A DNA stretch of 55,451 bases, counting the filler, from Jimgerdemannia flammicorona (lineage: Eukaryota): NCBI GenBank assembly GCA_003990765.1. It is 3 parts of 3 records of this genome, joined end to end, with 100 filler letters (N's around TTAATTAATTAA, not from the genome) between each part and the next. Parts side by side here need not be neighbours in the genome. Positions count along the whole stretch, not along the records: positions 1 to 18,420 come from RBNJ01002215.1; positions 18,521 to 36,938 come from RBNJ01002216.1; 1 more part is not named here. One strand, given 5' to 3'. Positions within the stretch are counted from its first letter, which is position 1. Every line of letters starts with the position of its first letter. The notes below the pieces were generated by a model. The model made no database searches and was not told where the DNA came from. It saw only the letters and a program-made list of their open reading frames with translations. A program made the position numbers and the translations under genes. Of this stretch, positions 11,901 to 24,621 are shown piece by piece.

Positions 11901-13729
11901 ATGTTAACTCCATCTTGAATCAAGGTGACTTCATTCTTGGTCCAATCAATCTGAGAGTTGTGTTATGTAAGCCAGGGTTTACCTAGGATCAGGTCATGGT
12001 CTCCTAGTGGTGCTACCTTGAAATCTAAACGTTCCCAATACTTCTGGATCTTGAGGGGAAGTTTAGCAGCAATTGAGTCAATTAGTAAGGTGGTGCCATC
12101 TGCAGTGACAACTCCACCATTCTTGCTGGCTAGTTTGGTGAGAATCTTGAGCTTATTGATGAGGTTCTTGTTGATGAAGTTCCCAACAGTTCCACTGTCT
12201 ATGAGAACATCTAGCTCTTGTCCCTTGACTAGACCTTTGAAGATGAGCATTGAATTGGCTCGGTTCTCAGCTATACTTACAACTTTGTCAGTGCTACCAA
12301 AGCCTTTCTGATCTCACTTGGTAGAAGACAGCTTGGTGACTTCTTTGATGACTGGTAGAGTGGCTCACTCTAGAATGAGCTGTGCAATTCTGTTACCTTC
12401 ATTGATGGTATATGGTTGGTTCTTGTGGTTGACTAGCAGAACTTGCATTTCACCTTAAAAGTCAGGGTCAATGACTCCAGCACTAACATCCAATGAGTAC
12501 TTGAAGCTGAGGCCAGATCTTGGTGCAATTCTTGCATAATGTTCCTTGGGGATTTCGACTGAAAGGCCAGTTGGAATGAGCCTTCTCTCATGTACCAGAA
12601 TAGTGACTTATTGTACTGCTTGAAGGTCCAAACCAATGGCTCCTTCTGACTGTACTTGAGGGATCTGGGCCTTGGGGTTGACTCGCACAACTTCTTGTTC
12701 AACTGGTTGACCTTGAGTATCTTTGGACAGGACCAGGATCCTCTTTGGTTCAGCAGTTTTCTTGAGACATTTGGTTGCAATGTGATCAGGCTAATGACAA
12801 AAGAAGCAGGCTCCAGCCTTCTTGAGGCACTCCTTTTTCTTAGGTATAAGTTTGCCTTTCTTGCTCTTGTTGATGGTGTCTAGGTCCATGGGGGCAGGTC
12901 CAACAGTTCTGACTTTGGGTTCCTCCCTTCTGTAGTTGTTGTTGTTGTTGAAAGGCAGTCTCTTCTGTTTAAAGCAGTGACCATAGGTGATGACATTAAA
13001 CCTATCAGCAATTTTCATTGCTGTATCTAGGTTCTTGGGTTCTTCTAGTTCAATACAAACTCAGGTTTGACCTTTCAGGCCTTAGATATACTTGTCAACC
13101 TTCTCGTCTTCAGTAATATGTGGTAATTCTAGCAGAATTGATAGGAATTGTGCATTATATGCTTGCATAGACTTGAGTTATTTAACATTTGCCAGACAGT
13201 CTCGTGCGGCCTTAGTGCTGTTGACTGGTTTGAATTAGCCTTAAATAGTATCAGAGAATTCGCCCCAGGTCTTGATTCAGCCAGAGAATCTGATATTCTA
13301 AACATGATTTCGCCACCAGATTGCAGCATTCCCTCGGAGGAGTGTGGTAGCAAATTGGACTAGTGTTGTTTTTTCCAAATTGGTCAGTTCTCTATATTGC
13401 TTCAATTGGAAAAGCCAGGCATCAGTAGACAGTCCTCCTCTTTGACCATCAAAGGTATCGGGCTTCTGAGGCTTGATAGTGACTACTGTTGAATATATTG
13501 ATGTTGGTGGGAGTGCAGAGGTATGAGCAGGGGCCTTGCTTTCCTTTCTTTTTATGTGTTCTTGAAGTTGAGCAATCTGAGCTAATGTAGTCTGCAAAAG
13601 ACTCTCAATGGCCCCATTTGACTGAGTAGGGTTTTGCTGTTCCTCTTCTTCTTGCTGATTGTACTGATTGTATGAGGTATTGCCTGGACTATAGGTACTA
13701 TATGAAGGGTTCCACCTGTTGTCCTCCAT
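8905..13729 (-). pseudogene. gag-dUTPase-protease-RT-RNaseH-integrase-chromodomain polyprotein, with stops
   Basis: Gag KPQKPDTFDG..WLFQL and PAPMDLD; CCHC CFFCH*PDHIATKC; dUTPase GLDL/RSGLS/GVIDPDF/RIAQLI/KGFGST (12.3-12.7 kb); protease LIDSG; RT YIDD; RNaseH TDTSN; integrase STAFHPQTN and YLGPF; chromodomain KVEKILD..EYLVKW..EP..NL (~8930-9065). Confidence 0.93.
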
Positions 13730-13797
13730 AGTGTTGTAACTGATATCTTGAGAGGTGTCTTGATAAAGCTAGATGTAACTTCACTGCTGCTACCAAG

Positions 13798-14200
13798 TGT
13801 AATGGTTCTAGTTTCTAAATAAAGAAGTGACTAATTCTAGTGGTCCTAAGTAGCTCAAAGAGATACTAAGGATTCAAGTATTCTCGAAAGATTTCTGAGA
13901 GAAAATATTCTGAGACTTTATTCATGAGAACAAAGGGGATATTTATACAAGATCTGAAAGAAGGATCCAGAAGGATCTGAGAAATCAAAGGAAAATGCCA
14001 AGAGGAAAGTTCTCGGCAAAGATGACAAATAATGACAAATAAAGTTCTACAAGTTTCCAGGATATTCAGTGACTAACTAAATAAGTACTAGTTAATGCTC
14101 AGTACTAAGAAAGGATTTCTAAGTATTCAGAAAGTACCAGAAGGTTGTAGAATATTGAAGAAAGACAAAGAAAAGAAATAAACTATGTTAAAATGTTATA
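13798..14200 (-). repeat. 5' LTR of chromovirus
   Basis: Direct repeat of 8179-8581; terminal CA mutated to TA. Confidence 0.95.
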
Positions 14201-16477
14201 TCATAGCTCTATACTTATCTTCTCTCTAGCTAAGTTCAATCTATATTCTGCAACAGCCTCCTCTCTCTTGACCTACTTAGCCTCCAGTCCAACTAAAAGC
14301 TTGGTTATTGCTATATTATTCTTCTCCTCCATCTCCTCCCAGTACTTCAAGTAAGTCTCTTGTCAGATTTCCAGTCTATGTCTCTGTTCTCACTAGAAGA
14401 CTATATACTCTCTAGTAGTTATAGCTAACTCTGTCTCTCTTGCTTCATCTACTATATATCCTTCCTTATCCAGAAATACTACTAGTACTTCAGTCTCCAG
14501 AGCCTCCACAATACCATCTCTCTGCAGTACTCTCACCCAGTGCTCCTCACTAATAATCTATAGATTTACATCTCCTAACTTCTCAGCTATCAAGTTGTTC
14601 ATCACCCAGTACATCTACTGCAGGTCATCAATTATCTTGCCCTCAGAGGTCACTGGTCTGCTGTCCTCTAGTATCATAGTATCAGCTCCAATACTTATAG
14701 ACTCATCCCACTTCTCTTCAGAGATATCTACCAGCTCATCTTCTCTAGCCTCAACTATCTACTCTCTTCTTGCTATCTTGGACACTTTAAATCAAACTTA
14801 GTAAGTGCCCAATATCTCTATATTCTCACTAACCTTTGGTTGTATAACTCTAGATCACCTACTTATATTCTCACTCTTCTTCTATACCCTCAGTAAGCCA
14901 TTATTATAGAGAGTCTGATCTCTCACCTCCTGGCTCTCTCTATAGACTTTACACCCCTCCCCATATTATTATCTGCCCAGACACTCTCCCAAGCACTTAC
15001 TGATATTCTATCAGTACTAGTAATGTCTTCTTTTTCTCCTTCATACTTACTAATAACTCCTTCTGCTACTTATATCTCTGAGCTCTCTCTCACTATCTCT
15101 TATTTATCTGAACACACTTCCCATCTACTACCTCTAAGTATATTGAGTCTATATATACCTGCCATGTTTTGGTCTATTGCTTTATTACTCTACTGAGCTT
15201 CTTCAGTACCTCTACCAGATTCTTCTTCTTCTCTATACTCTTCTTTACTCTTATTACCTTACAGATAAATGCACTTTACATCAATACTAAGGGTCAGTCT
15301 CACAGCTTCCCAGTAGCCTCCTTCTTAGCTAGCTGGAGATAGATATCTACATCCTCTATTCTGAACAAAGTCCCCTCTCAGACCTAGAAACCAATATCAA
15401 CCACTTTGCTATACTCAGTCATAATCTTCTTCACTCTTCTTCTTATCTCAACTATTATTATTATGGATACTTCTTTCACTAGTAGCTGGACCACTCTGGG
15501 GTCTCACTATAAACAGTAAGTTATTAGAACCACTACTACTCCCACAGTCAACTCAGTCTTCAATGTTTTCTCTAGAGGGGTAGCCTCCTCAAAGCCTATC
15601 TTGACTCTCTCTAGCCTCTTCAGAAACTTCACTGAGGCAGCTCTAGTTATCTGCTTCAAGATCATCCCCAGAACTATCTTTGCTATCACTATTAAGCTCT
15701 GAAAGTACAATGTAACTATAAACTCTGAGATTGACTTCTTGAGTAATAGTGCTACAGTCAGGCCTGTTATATCATCAGCCAGATCTCTCTACTTCTATTA
15801 GTCTCTCTGTATAGCCTTACTATCAGCCATCACATTTTTTTTTTTTTTTTTTTTTTTTCCAAATTCACTGTTATGCTATAATTAGCTATCATACTACTGC
15901 TCTCAGCTATATCCTCTTCTACCCCTACACTTGCTCCCCTGGATAAAGGACTCTCCTCCCTCTCTAAGTTAGCCTTGTTCTTTTCCTCAGCAATACTAGC
16001 CCAAGTATTTACCAATTATCTACTCTCCTTCACTTTTTCTGCAAAACTTAGGGGCCCAGAACTGCCTCTATTTTCACTATATACTAATCTCTCTCTAAAG
16101 CTTTCTCCACTATTGATACCTCCAAAAGGGCTCATCTCCAAGCCATAACTCCTCTCTATATACTATCAGCTAAATGCCCCAAGTCTACCTAATCTAGTAT
16201 ATCTATCAGAACTCTTGCTTGATGATATATTACTAGTATCTTTTCTTTGAAATATTTTGAAAAATATTATCTGATATTTATATAATGTAAATTATATTAG
16301 AGAAAGATATTCTGATTACTAGATCTGATATATATATAGATATACTCTTATAGATATTAGTCTTGATAATTCAGCTCTGATAAATAAAAAAATCTAGTTT
16401 ATATATTATTAGAATAAGAGTATATAATACTATCTTTATATAACTGAGACAGTAGAACTGTTAATTCTCTCTATAGC

Positions 16478-18270
16478 TGTAAGCACACAACCTCCAAGCT
16501 ACCGAAATTATACATCACCCTCTGAACAAGCCACTGAAATCACACACGACCTCCAAATAAATCTGGAAATTACCTGCTTGATCACGAAGCTGAGTCAAAC
16601 CGAAGTCACAGCATACAAAGCTGAGTCAATACGAAGTCACAGAACACAAGATCTACACAAATGGAACCTTACCAATCAGGACCAAATGCATATATACTGA
16701 GCACCGAGACGCGTTGAATCAGAGAACCAAAACAACAACAACCACAAACTTCCAAACACACAAACATGACCACTGAGATCTACAACTGCATCCGCGCTGA
16801 CATTTGAAATGCCATTGTCAACCGAGCCACACCCCCTCTGCCCCTCATGAATATCCATAGCCTGGCACCCCTCTACTTTGTGGAAGCCCAATGGAATGCC
16901 CTGAACATGCTTTGCGAGGCCTACCGAATCGGACAAATCTCAAGCTACTACCAGATCGGCCGCCTCCTGGAAGACATGGTCGAACACCACCATGATACAG
17001 ATATTACCCAGATGTCTCAACACCAGAAGCTCATCGCCCGCAAACATTGAGAACTCTTCTATGAGTACAACACCTTTATTCCCCGCCTCCAAGTTACTAC
17101 CAGCGAAATGGTTGTAACCCTGTCCTATGGCCAAATCGATGACATGATACAAGAAATCAACCACAAGTACCTCGAGTATGTCGAAACCACAGACAGAACC
17201 TTCCCGCACCCTGATGACCACATTCTGCAAATGCCTCAAGTTGGATACGCCATGAAGGACGTCTATGATATAATCCACTTCGATGAAGATGAAGCAGAAG
17301 ACAATGATCCCTCTGACACCGACATGACCTCTAGCCAAGGATCTCTGCCAACTCTGATCACTCCGCCAACCTTGCCGATGAACTTACAACAGTTCATAAC
17401 TGTATACGAGACTTATTGGGATAATGACCACTGGCACGAATACCAACCCGCATTTACCCCTGACTACTTCAACTACAATGAAGAGACCGGAGAACACAAC
17501 CTGTACCTCCAGACAACCCTTGAGACCGAACCAACAACCCCACCACCTGAATATGAGTGACATGAACCACAGCCGCCAGCTTACTACAACCCCGTAACTC
17601 ATAGTGCTGTAACCTATAGAAGGTACGCGGACAGCGAATCTGATGAAAGCGAAGACAATACACCCATCCTTCGCCCACCAACACCTTACCCAGCATATGA
17701 AACAGATGATGCTATTCTGTGGGACGGAGATGAAGTCCCAATGTATTACTACCTCAGCTAACAAGGAGAAGTAATCCGCGAACCACTCTTCCTAGATGAC
17801 TACTTCATCAGAGATGATGCAATCGATGGTGATGTCATCGAAGACTACCCAGATAGTACCTAAACCTATAAATAGTCTAGCAGTCATAGTATAGATAGAT
17901 TAGCCTTGTACATACGACGTGACTGTGAACTGACTCAGCAGTCAGATGATCTCTTGACATGTCAGATCACACTTGTACTACGTGACTACATTCCGACTCA
18001 GCAAAGTACTTAGTGCTACATCCATATCTAGCATAGTCCAGATAGCCCCTCACTAGTATAAATACCCCCTCCCTCAGACCTCAGAATCTCAGACTTGAAG
18101 ACTTGAAGACTCGAATAGACAAGAACATTCCTGAATACTTCCCCACAATACCCCTTCATACAAATACTTCTAGTATAGCAATATCATGAATAGCAAATAA
18201 ATCTATTCCATAACCCATAAACCACTCTTAAGTAAATCCGCTCCCTGTTAGGTCCTACTCCTAACCCTGT
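16478..18270 (+). mobile_element. Partial LTR-element-like segment: accessory ORF followed by an LTR-like tail
   Basis: CpG-retaining island within decayed DNA. Possible integrase C-terminal relic (EPYQSGPNAYIL, ~16665). Interrupted ORF ~16766-17863 with an acidic tail. The tail has GACTCAGCA repeats, TATAAATA (~18057) and AATAAA (~18196). Termini not resolved. Confidence 0.5.
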
Positions 18271-18420
18271 CACGAAATTTCCTAATTGGGTATTGTCTGC
18301 AGCGATACGCCAATTCAACTAAGCTGGTCTTAGTTTCTTGAACTTCCTGAAATATGGAAAATCCTGAACATCCAGAACTAGTCCGAAAAAGGACTTTGGT
18401 TGAGACATCAACCCGATCTT

Positions 18421-18520
18421 NNNNNNNNNNNNNNNNNNNNNNNNNNNNNNNNNNNNNNNNNNNNTTAATTAATTAANNNNNNNNNNNNNNNNNNNNNNNN
18501 NNNNNNNNNNNNNNNNNNNN
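18421..18520. other. Assembly spacer (N44-TTAATTAATTAA-N44)
   Basis: Exactly 100 bp with a six-frame stop linker in the middle. Confidence 0.97.
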
Positions 18521-18714
18521 GCTAAATCGGGGTATTCGATTTGGATAATGTCTAAAATTTAGACAATGTCTAAGAAATTAGACAATGTCGAAATCGAGGA
18601 CTGCTAACTATAAGGCTATACTACTTTGGGAATGGGTGCGATCAAGTGTCTATTCCCTATTTCCTTCTTCCAAATTCGGCTGTACCGTCACAGTATCTAT
18701 ATAATAGGTAGTTC

Positions 18715-18930
18715 TAGTACTTCCAAATGAATCAAATCAATTCAAATTAAATTAAATTAAGAGTTATTTGAATCAAATTAAATTTGAATTAAATTGAGAG
18801 TTTGAATCAAATCTCAAATTGAATTAGACCTTTGATTCAATTTAAATTGAATTGAATTGGATCTTTGATTTAATTGAATCAAATTGAATTTGTATCAAAT
18901 TTAATTCAATTTAATTTATTAGAAGTATTA
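18715..18930. repeat. AT-rich MITE-like palindromic pentamer repeat
   Basis: Arrays of AATTG/AATCA-type units. Ends TAGTACTTCCAAATGAATCAAAT and ATTTAATTTATTAGAAGTATTA are imperfect inverted repeats. Confidence 0.45.
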
Positions 18931-19175
18931 GATAGTTTAGAGCATCTCTACTGGGAGGGTTAAATATGTACATAAACCCAAATTAATTAGTAATTTGGTT
19001 AAAATTTTAATTTTCAGTCCTGCACTAGTCTAAGTAATTTTCTAAATAAATTGACCATCACTCAAAATAGATACTTTCTTGATTACATTTGACTATTTTT
19101 TTAACCCTGGCAATATTGTATCATCACTATACCTATATTATATTCTTCCTCTAGACCTATCTTCCTATCTTTTTC

Positions 19176-19985
19176 ATGACCTCTCTCTTTGATTCCATTC
19201 TTCTAGAACATACCCAGAAACTGTCCACACAGTCTACAGAAGTCTTTCAGATCTCCTCCATCATTTCATCACCTGTAGTACTGAGATTGAAGCAGAAAGG
19301 CAAAAACTGAAACCTTTTTGAGGATGAGCAACTGGTCACATCTTGGCTAGAGATCACATAAGACTCTATTATTGAAAATGAGCAGAAGTCAAAGAACTTC
19401 TGGCAGCATGTATAACAGTCCTTCCAGACTGCTCTTCTGATGGCAAATTGGTCAGAGAATAGCCTCTCAAACCATTAGTAAATGATTCAGCAAATAGTCA
19501 ACAAGTTTGCAGACTATTTTGCCACTATTAAAGATTAAAACAAGAGTGAGAAAACATTAGAGAACAAGGTTGCAGATACCAAGGCATTGTACTTTGAGGA
19601 CCATGGCAAGGCATTCACCATAGACTCCTTATGATATAAGTTATATAATACTCCAAAATGGCAGAAATTCATTAGCTGATTAGCTGGTAGGAAAAAGCAC
19701 CAGCTTGCTATCCAGGATGAGAAGAGAGAAGAGGGCCCACCTTCTCTCTCTTCTCCTGAGAAAGAGTGCTCAAAAGAGCATAAAAGTGTAAAAAGAGAGA
19801 CTGCAGGAGGCATATTGATTGCTGTCAGTATAGATAGGCTGGCAAATAAGGCAGAGAGAAAGAGCAAGACTCTGGAGGCAGCAATAGAGAATAGGGTCAT
19901 ATCTTGCAATATAGAGGGCATAAGCAAGATATAAAAGCAGTGGTATTAGCCAAGATACTCCATAAACTACAGAACTTACAAAAAT
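19176..19985 (+). pseudogene. Harbinger Myb/SANT-like DNA-binding protein (NAM-associated type)
   Basis: FEDEQLVTSWLEIT*DSIIENEQKSKNFWQHV, IQQIVNKF and KAFT...KLYNTPKW, with in-frame stops. End approximate. Confidence 0.8.
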
Positions 19986-20032
19986 AAACTACTTGTTCTC
20001 TTCTACCGATAAAAATACTTATTTTTACTATT

Positions 20033-21280
20033 TTACTCCTCTTCTCTCTTCTATTGCCAAAGATGTTCAATGAGGTCATTTTGAAGCTAGTAGTACATTG
20101 TAGAGGTTTGAATACTCTGATATTGATAGACAAACTTGTCAAATGCACAGTTTGCCTCATGAGAAGGAGGGTAAACTGAAAAGGATAAAGACAGGTCATA
20201 ATTGAAATCTAGTTTGTGAATTTCATATTCATCTTTATCAATCATATTGTTTAAAATAATATATATAGTCATAATGTCACTCAGATCCTCCTTTCACCAG
20301 AAATGAGCAGGACCAGAGACTATAACAAACCTGGCTTGTAGAATACCAAACACTCTCTCTATATCCTTCCTGACTACTTCTTGTATCATAGTGAAGTATT
20401 TCTTCTTCACTTCTTGGGGCTGTAAAATGGTCTGAACCAGTATTGCCCAAGAGGGATAAATGTTATCTGCGAGGAAATATTCCATTTGGTACTTGTGACT
20501 ATTGACTCTGAATATTATAGCAAGTATCTGACCATTCTGCAGCTCTGCAAAAAGTAGAGACCTATCCAGAATGTTGATATCATTATGGGATCCTGGTATC
20601 CCAAGATTATACAAGACAACAGCCTCAAGAATAATGATCAGACTTATTTCTTTACTAGTATACTAGTCCTGCCAGACCATTGGATAGTTTTTCTAATTCC
20701 AGTGCATGCAGTCAAGACTGTCCAATATACCAGAAAAGCCTCACTATTCACTGACTATCAGAAGTTATTCCATATCATCCTGGTTGAGGCTGTGCAGGTA
20801 CTCATTACCAAATACATAAATGACAGCTTGGCAGAAGTATTTCAGACTCTTGATGGCTGTAGTTTTAGTAATCTGTATATATTTGTCAATAGTATTAGCT
20901 GGTATTCCATATGCTAGCTGGCAGATAGCTGCAGTACATTTCTGAATAGATGAAAGTCCAAGATTTCCTAGGGCATTAGATTTCTGCTAAAAGTAGGCAT
21001 CATAAGTCTCTATGGCTTCCACAATGCAAAGGAAGAGCAAATGGTGCATTCTGAAGCATTGGTGGAAGACCTTTTTACTATAGACTGGCTCTGGAGCAAA
21101 GTAGTCCTTGATGATATACTCATGACCTTACTGGATATCTCAATCCACATTTGGAGCTCTGCCTGGACATAAGCACTAGTTTGGTCATTCTTCAAGCAAA
21201 TTTTCTGCTATAAGGAGAACAATAGCTTGCTAGGCTTCTCTATCATCAAATTCATCAAGAAAGTCAGAGTCAGAATCCAT
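20033..21280 (-). pseudogene. PIF/Harbinger transposase
   Basis: LDCMHWN*KN, GSHNDINILDRS, YFLADNIYPSWA, RKDIERVFGILQARF, IILNNMI and DLIEHLW, with several stops. Confidence 0.92.
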
Positions 21281-21324
21281 GGCAAATGAAATATCTGTGA
21301 CAAACTATTATATAATGAGATTTC

Positions 21325-23098
21325 AGAGGATGGATAGAAGAAGTAATTTATTAATAATACAAATAATACACTTTTAGATACTGTGATATTAATATGATGT
21401 ATAATTGATATAATAGTGTAAAGTCACATACTGATATATGTATCAAGTTGCCATCTCAACACTCCTGCTCAATAAGATATATATGCAAAAAAAGAAAACT
21501 ACAAACTGCAAGAAATACAATACATAATGTATGGAAAACTAGAAGTATATATAACCTAAATTATAACTATTTAGATAATTTTTACAGGTTGAAAAATATT
21601 TCAAAATATCTGTAAGAAATATAATATATATAATCTGCTTGTAGATAAGAGATATAACCAATATATATAATATCTGCTTGTAGAGATATATTCCAGACAG
21701 CTATTCATTAAGATTACTAGTCAGTATCATAAGAGCTGAATAACTGTATACTATTACTCCTACTTAATTTACTATCATTTCTATAATACTTATTATATTG
21801 GGGAGTCTCTGGGTCATTCCAGTATTTTCTCAGGTTGTCACATACTTCATTCCACACTCTGAACTTTTGCACTCTGGACTTGTACTTTTACTTACCCTTT
21901 AGAGAGGATTTCTTATCATTGAAGGTTTTGCTGTTATTCTTGATTTTAGTTATTCTAGACTCAGATAATCTCATAGATGATGCTGGTTATTGTCTCAAAT
22001 ATATTATTGCTGATAGTTATTTCAGCTTTTATTGCTCTTTTGCTGGAGATGTTGCTAGTGCTAGTTATAGTATTGGTATTGATGCTGGTTGCCTAATCAG
22101 TACTACTGGCACTGTCTGTAGTGCTTTCAGTAGTTACTGGTACTGCCTGTAGTACTGTTTGCAGTACTTGTTGCCATGTTTTTTGGAGATATAGTTGGTA
22201 TCAGATTGGGTGTAGGAATCTCAACATAGTTGTTCTCCTTAAACTATATATCATATGATATAACTATATGCTATTTCTAAGAGTTCCATAACCTATATAT
22301 TGTTATACCTTTTGAATATATGCTGTTGGTAGTACCTACATTATTGGCACTCTTGCTGTTAGTGCTGCTTATAGAATTATTGATGGTACTCATGCTGCTG
22401 ACAATGTTCATGCTATTGATATCACTATTTTTCATCCTTATAAAAGTATTTCCCAGACCAGGTTTTGTAGATATCAGGTTGGCAGAACTTATGCTGGTTG
22501 AGCTTGCTATTGCAGTACTTGTTGTCATGTTTTTGATAGTATTCATATAGAGCTAACATTACTCATGATTGCTATAATAATTGTTTTTTGCTATTATAAT
22601 TATTATAATTCTTTTTGCAGTATTCACATTCATGATATCTATATTTCTCACAATAATAATTATAGTTACCTTCAAATAGTTAACTATGCTTAGCTTGAGT
22701 TTATTTCTATTGACTTTATTGGCATTTGCCTCATCTGTGCTTTTGATCTTGTTGGCCTTTTTCATAGTCTTGTCAGTCTCATTGACCTTTTCATAATTGT
22801 CTCTATCATCTAAGTAGGTATCTTGATAATCACTCTCTATCATCAGAGAGAACTTCTTTGTCACCATTAGCAAGCTTTTTTGTCAAGTAGACTGATGATG
22901 ATCTTGTCTATCTTGAATCTGTTAACAGAGCTACTCATACTTGATATGCTTGTACTTGTACTCATATTTAGTATAGTATATAAACTAGAGGACAGATAGA
23001 AGAAGCAATTTATTAATAATACAAATAATATACTTTTAGATACTGTAATATTGATAATATATAATTAATATAATAACATAAAGTCACATACTGACATA
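21325..23098 (-). repeat. ~112-bp direct repeats (21325-21437, 22987-23098) bracketing a third decayed ORF inside the Harbinger
   Basis: AGAGGA..GATAGAAGAAG.AATTTATTAATAATACAAATAAT...AAAGTCACATACTGA occurs twice. Each copy lies just upstream of a minus-strand ATG (21280 and 22965). Confidence 0.75.
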
Positions 23099-24621
23099 TC
23101 TTCAGTTTGACTCTCTATTTAGCCCTAACTGTGGTATATATGTCAGTCTTGCTAGGACTAAATAAAATAAAAGTATCAGAATAAGCCTTATCTTTGGGTG
23201 TAATTTTCCCCTAAATTTAACCCTCTCAGTAAAGATGCTCTTATAGCTAATATTTCTATACTACTATAGTCTCATCTATATTATTTTCTCTGAAATTTAT
23301 AGCTGTAAGTATAACTCTTGCTAGATCTTAAAGACTGAAAGATATGAGAACTATTTGCTATATTACTATCAGAGTTCTTACTACAGTATACTGCTTAAAA
23401 TTATTAATAAAGGTAAAATCAATTCATCAGAGATATATTTATAGAATATTTGTGGTCTTATATCTATCTTATCTGAATATTTTAGTTTGTTTTATATAGT
23501 TATTCTTTGACCAGTAGTTGTTTATTATTCAGCTTAAAAGTGAGGAATTTGTCTTGAATTATTAGCTAATAGATACTAAGTTATAATATATATAGTAGAT
23601 GCCTAATCTCAAAAGTATAGTAGATTTTTATATCTTAAAACTTGATCTTGTTCTGACTCTCACAAAGTTCTTAGAGTATAGGAGTATTAGTTTAAAGTAT
23701 ATCTATCTGTAGACTTACTAGTTTTCTCACTTTCTCTTTACTTTAAACTATTTTGATCTAAGGTTTATTTACTCTAGATACTAAGAATATTTATATAAGT
23801 TTTTTAGCTATAAGGTGGCTGAGTTATAACTATATTTTTTATGAGTTACTTTTTACAAGTATGGATTCTTAATATCTATAAAATTTTAACAATTATTAAA
23901 ATTCAATATTTGTTAAATCTTGATATTTGTAAAATAACTACTATTTATATAACTATACTATATTTGAAAATTAGTTTAAGTATTATAATCAAATATTTAT
24001 TTCTCTAATTTATATTTCTAATTCAGATCAACTATCATAATAGATAACTTATCTATAATATAAATAACTAATAATAATACTAAAAATAAACTAAAAATAA
24101 GATTACTATTACTATTCTCATAACTATTAAATACTCATAAATCTCTACCAAACTACTCTCTATCAATATATAAATTTCTAAAAGCCCAGATCTGAATAAA
24201 GTTTAATAGTATCTTAGAAGAATCTAATACTTTTAAGTCTTCTATTACTACATAATAAAAACTAAAGAAATACTATAAAATAAAATGAATTATCTACTAA
24301 CAGACTACTCTCAGTAAGATCAAATAGCTATTCTGTCTTTTTGTTAATAACTATATCTATATTATTATAAAAAGACTATATAGTGAGAGTTATATATGTA
24401 CCAATGTTTTATTATTTTTACTTTTTAAATTAATTATAGCTTATATAAAAATATTATTGAAGCTATTTTTTAACCAGTAATAGAATAGGTTTAAAACTTC
24501 TAAATATATTAGTTTTGCCTTATTTGAATAATTACAAATAAAGTTATTACTATTTAAAGTTATATCAATCATTGGTACACTTATGGCCCTGATGGTACCT
24601 GAATCACTTTATTCATAATAA

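Larger units (their letters stand above)
8179..14200 (-). mobile_element. Ty3/Gypsy chromovirus-type LTR retrotransposon with dUTPase (degenerate)
   Basis: Two 403-bp LTRs; TSD TCACA/TCATA (8174-8178, 14201-14205); tRNA-iMet-like PBS TGGTAGCAG (~13787-13795, minus strand); PPT AGGGGGAGA (8582-8590, minus strand). Confidence 0.95.
4593..16314 (-). mobile_element. Degenerate full-length L1/Tx1-like LINE, interrupted by a Ty3/Gypsy insertion
   Basis: Poly(T) at 4592-4611 is the poly(A) tail on the minus strand. Candidate 17-bp TSD ATTACTAGAT(T/C)TGATAT at 4576-4592 and 16315-16331. ORF2 motifs lie left of the Gypsy and an ORF1-like remnant lies at about 14.2-16.2 kb. About 5.7 kb after removing the insertion. 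Confidence 0.8.
18940..23240. mobile_element. PIF/Harbinger DNA transposon (degenerate)
   Basis: About 26-bp TIRs GAGCATCT(C/T)TACTG(G/A)GAGGGTTAAAT, TTA target duplication (18937-18939, 23241-23243), and convergent Myb/SANT-like and transposase ORFs. Confidence 0.93.

Noticed and set aside
16370..16390. Degenerate Met-PBS-like TATCAGAGC on the minus strand
   Set aside because: No matching LTR pair or gag motif could be confirmed.
23244..24378. Possible decayed transposase (hAT-like) remnant
   Set aside because: Too mutated; no motif could be supported.
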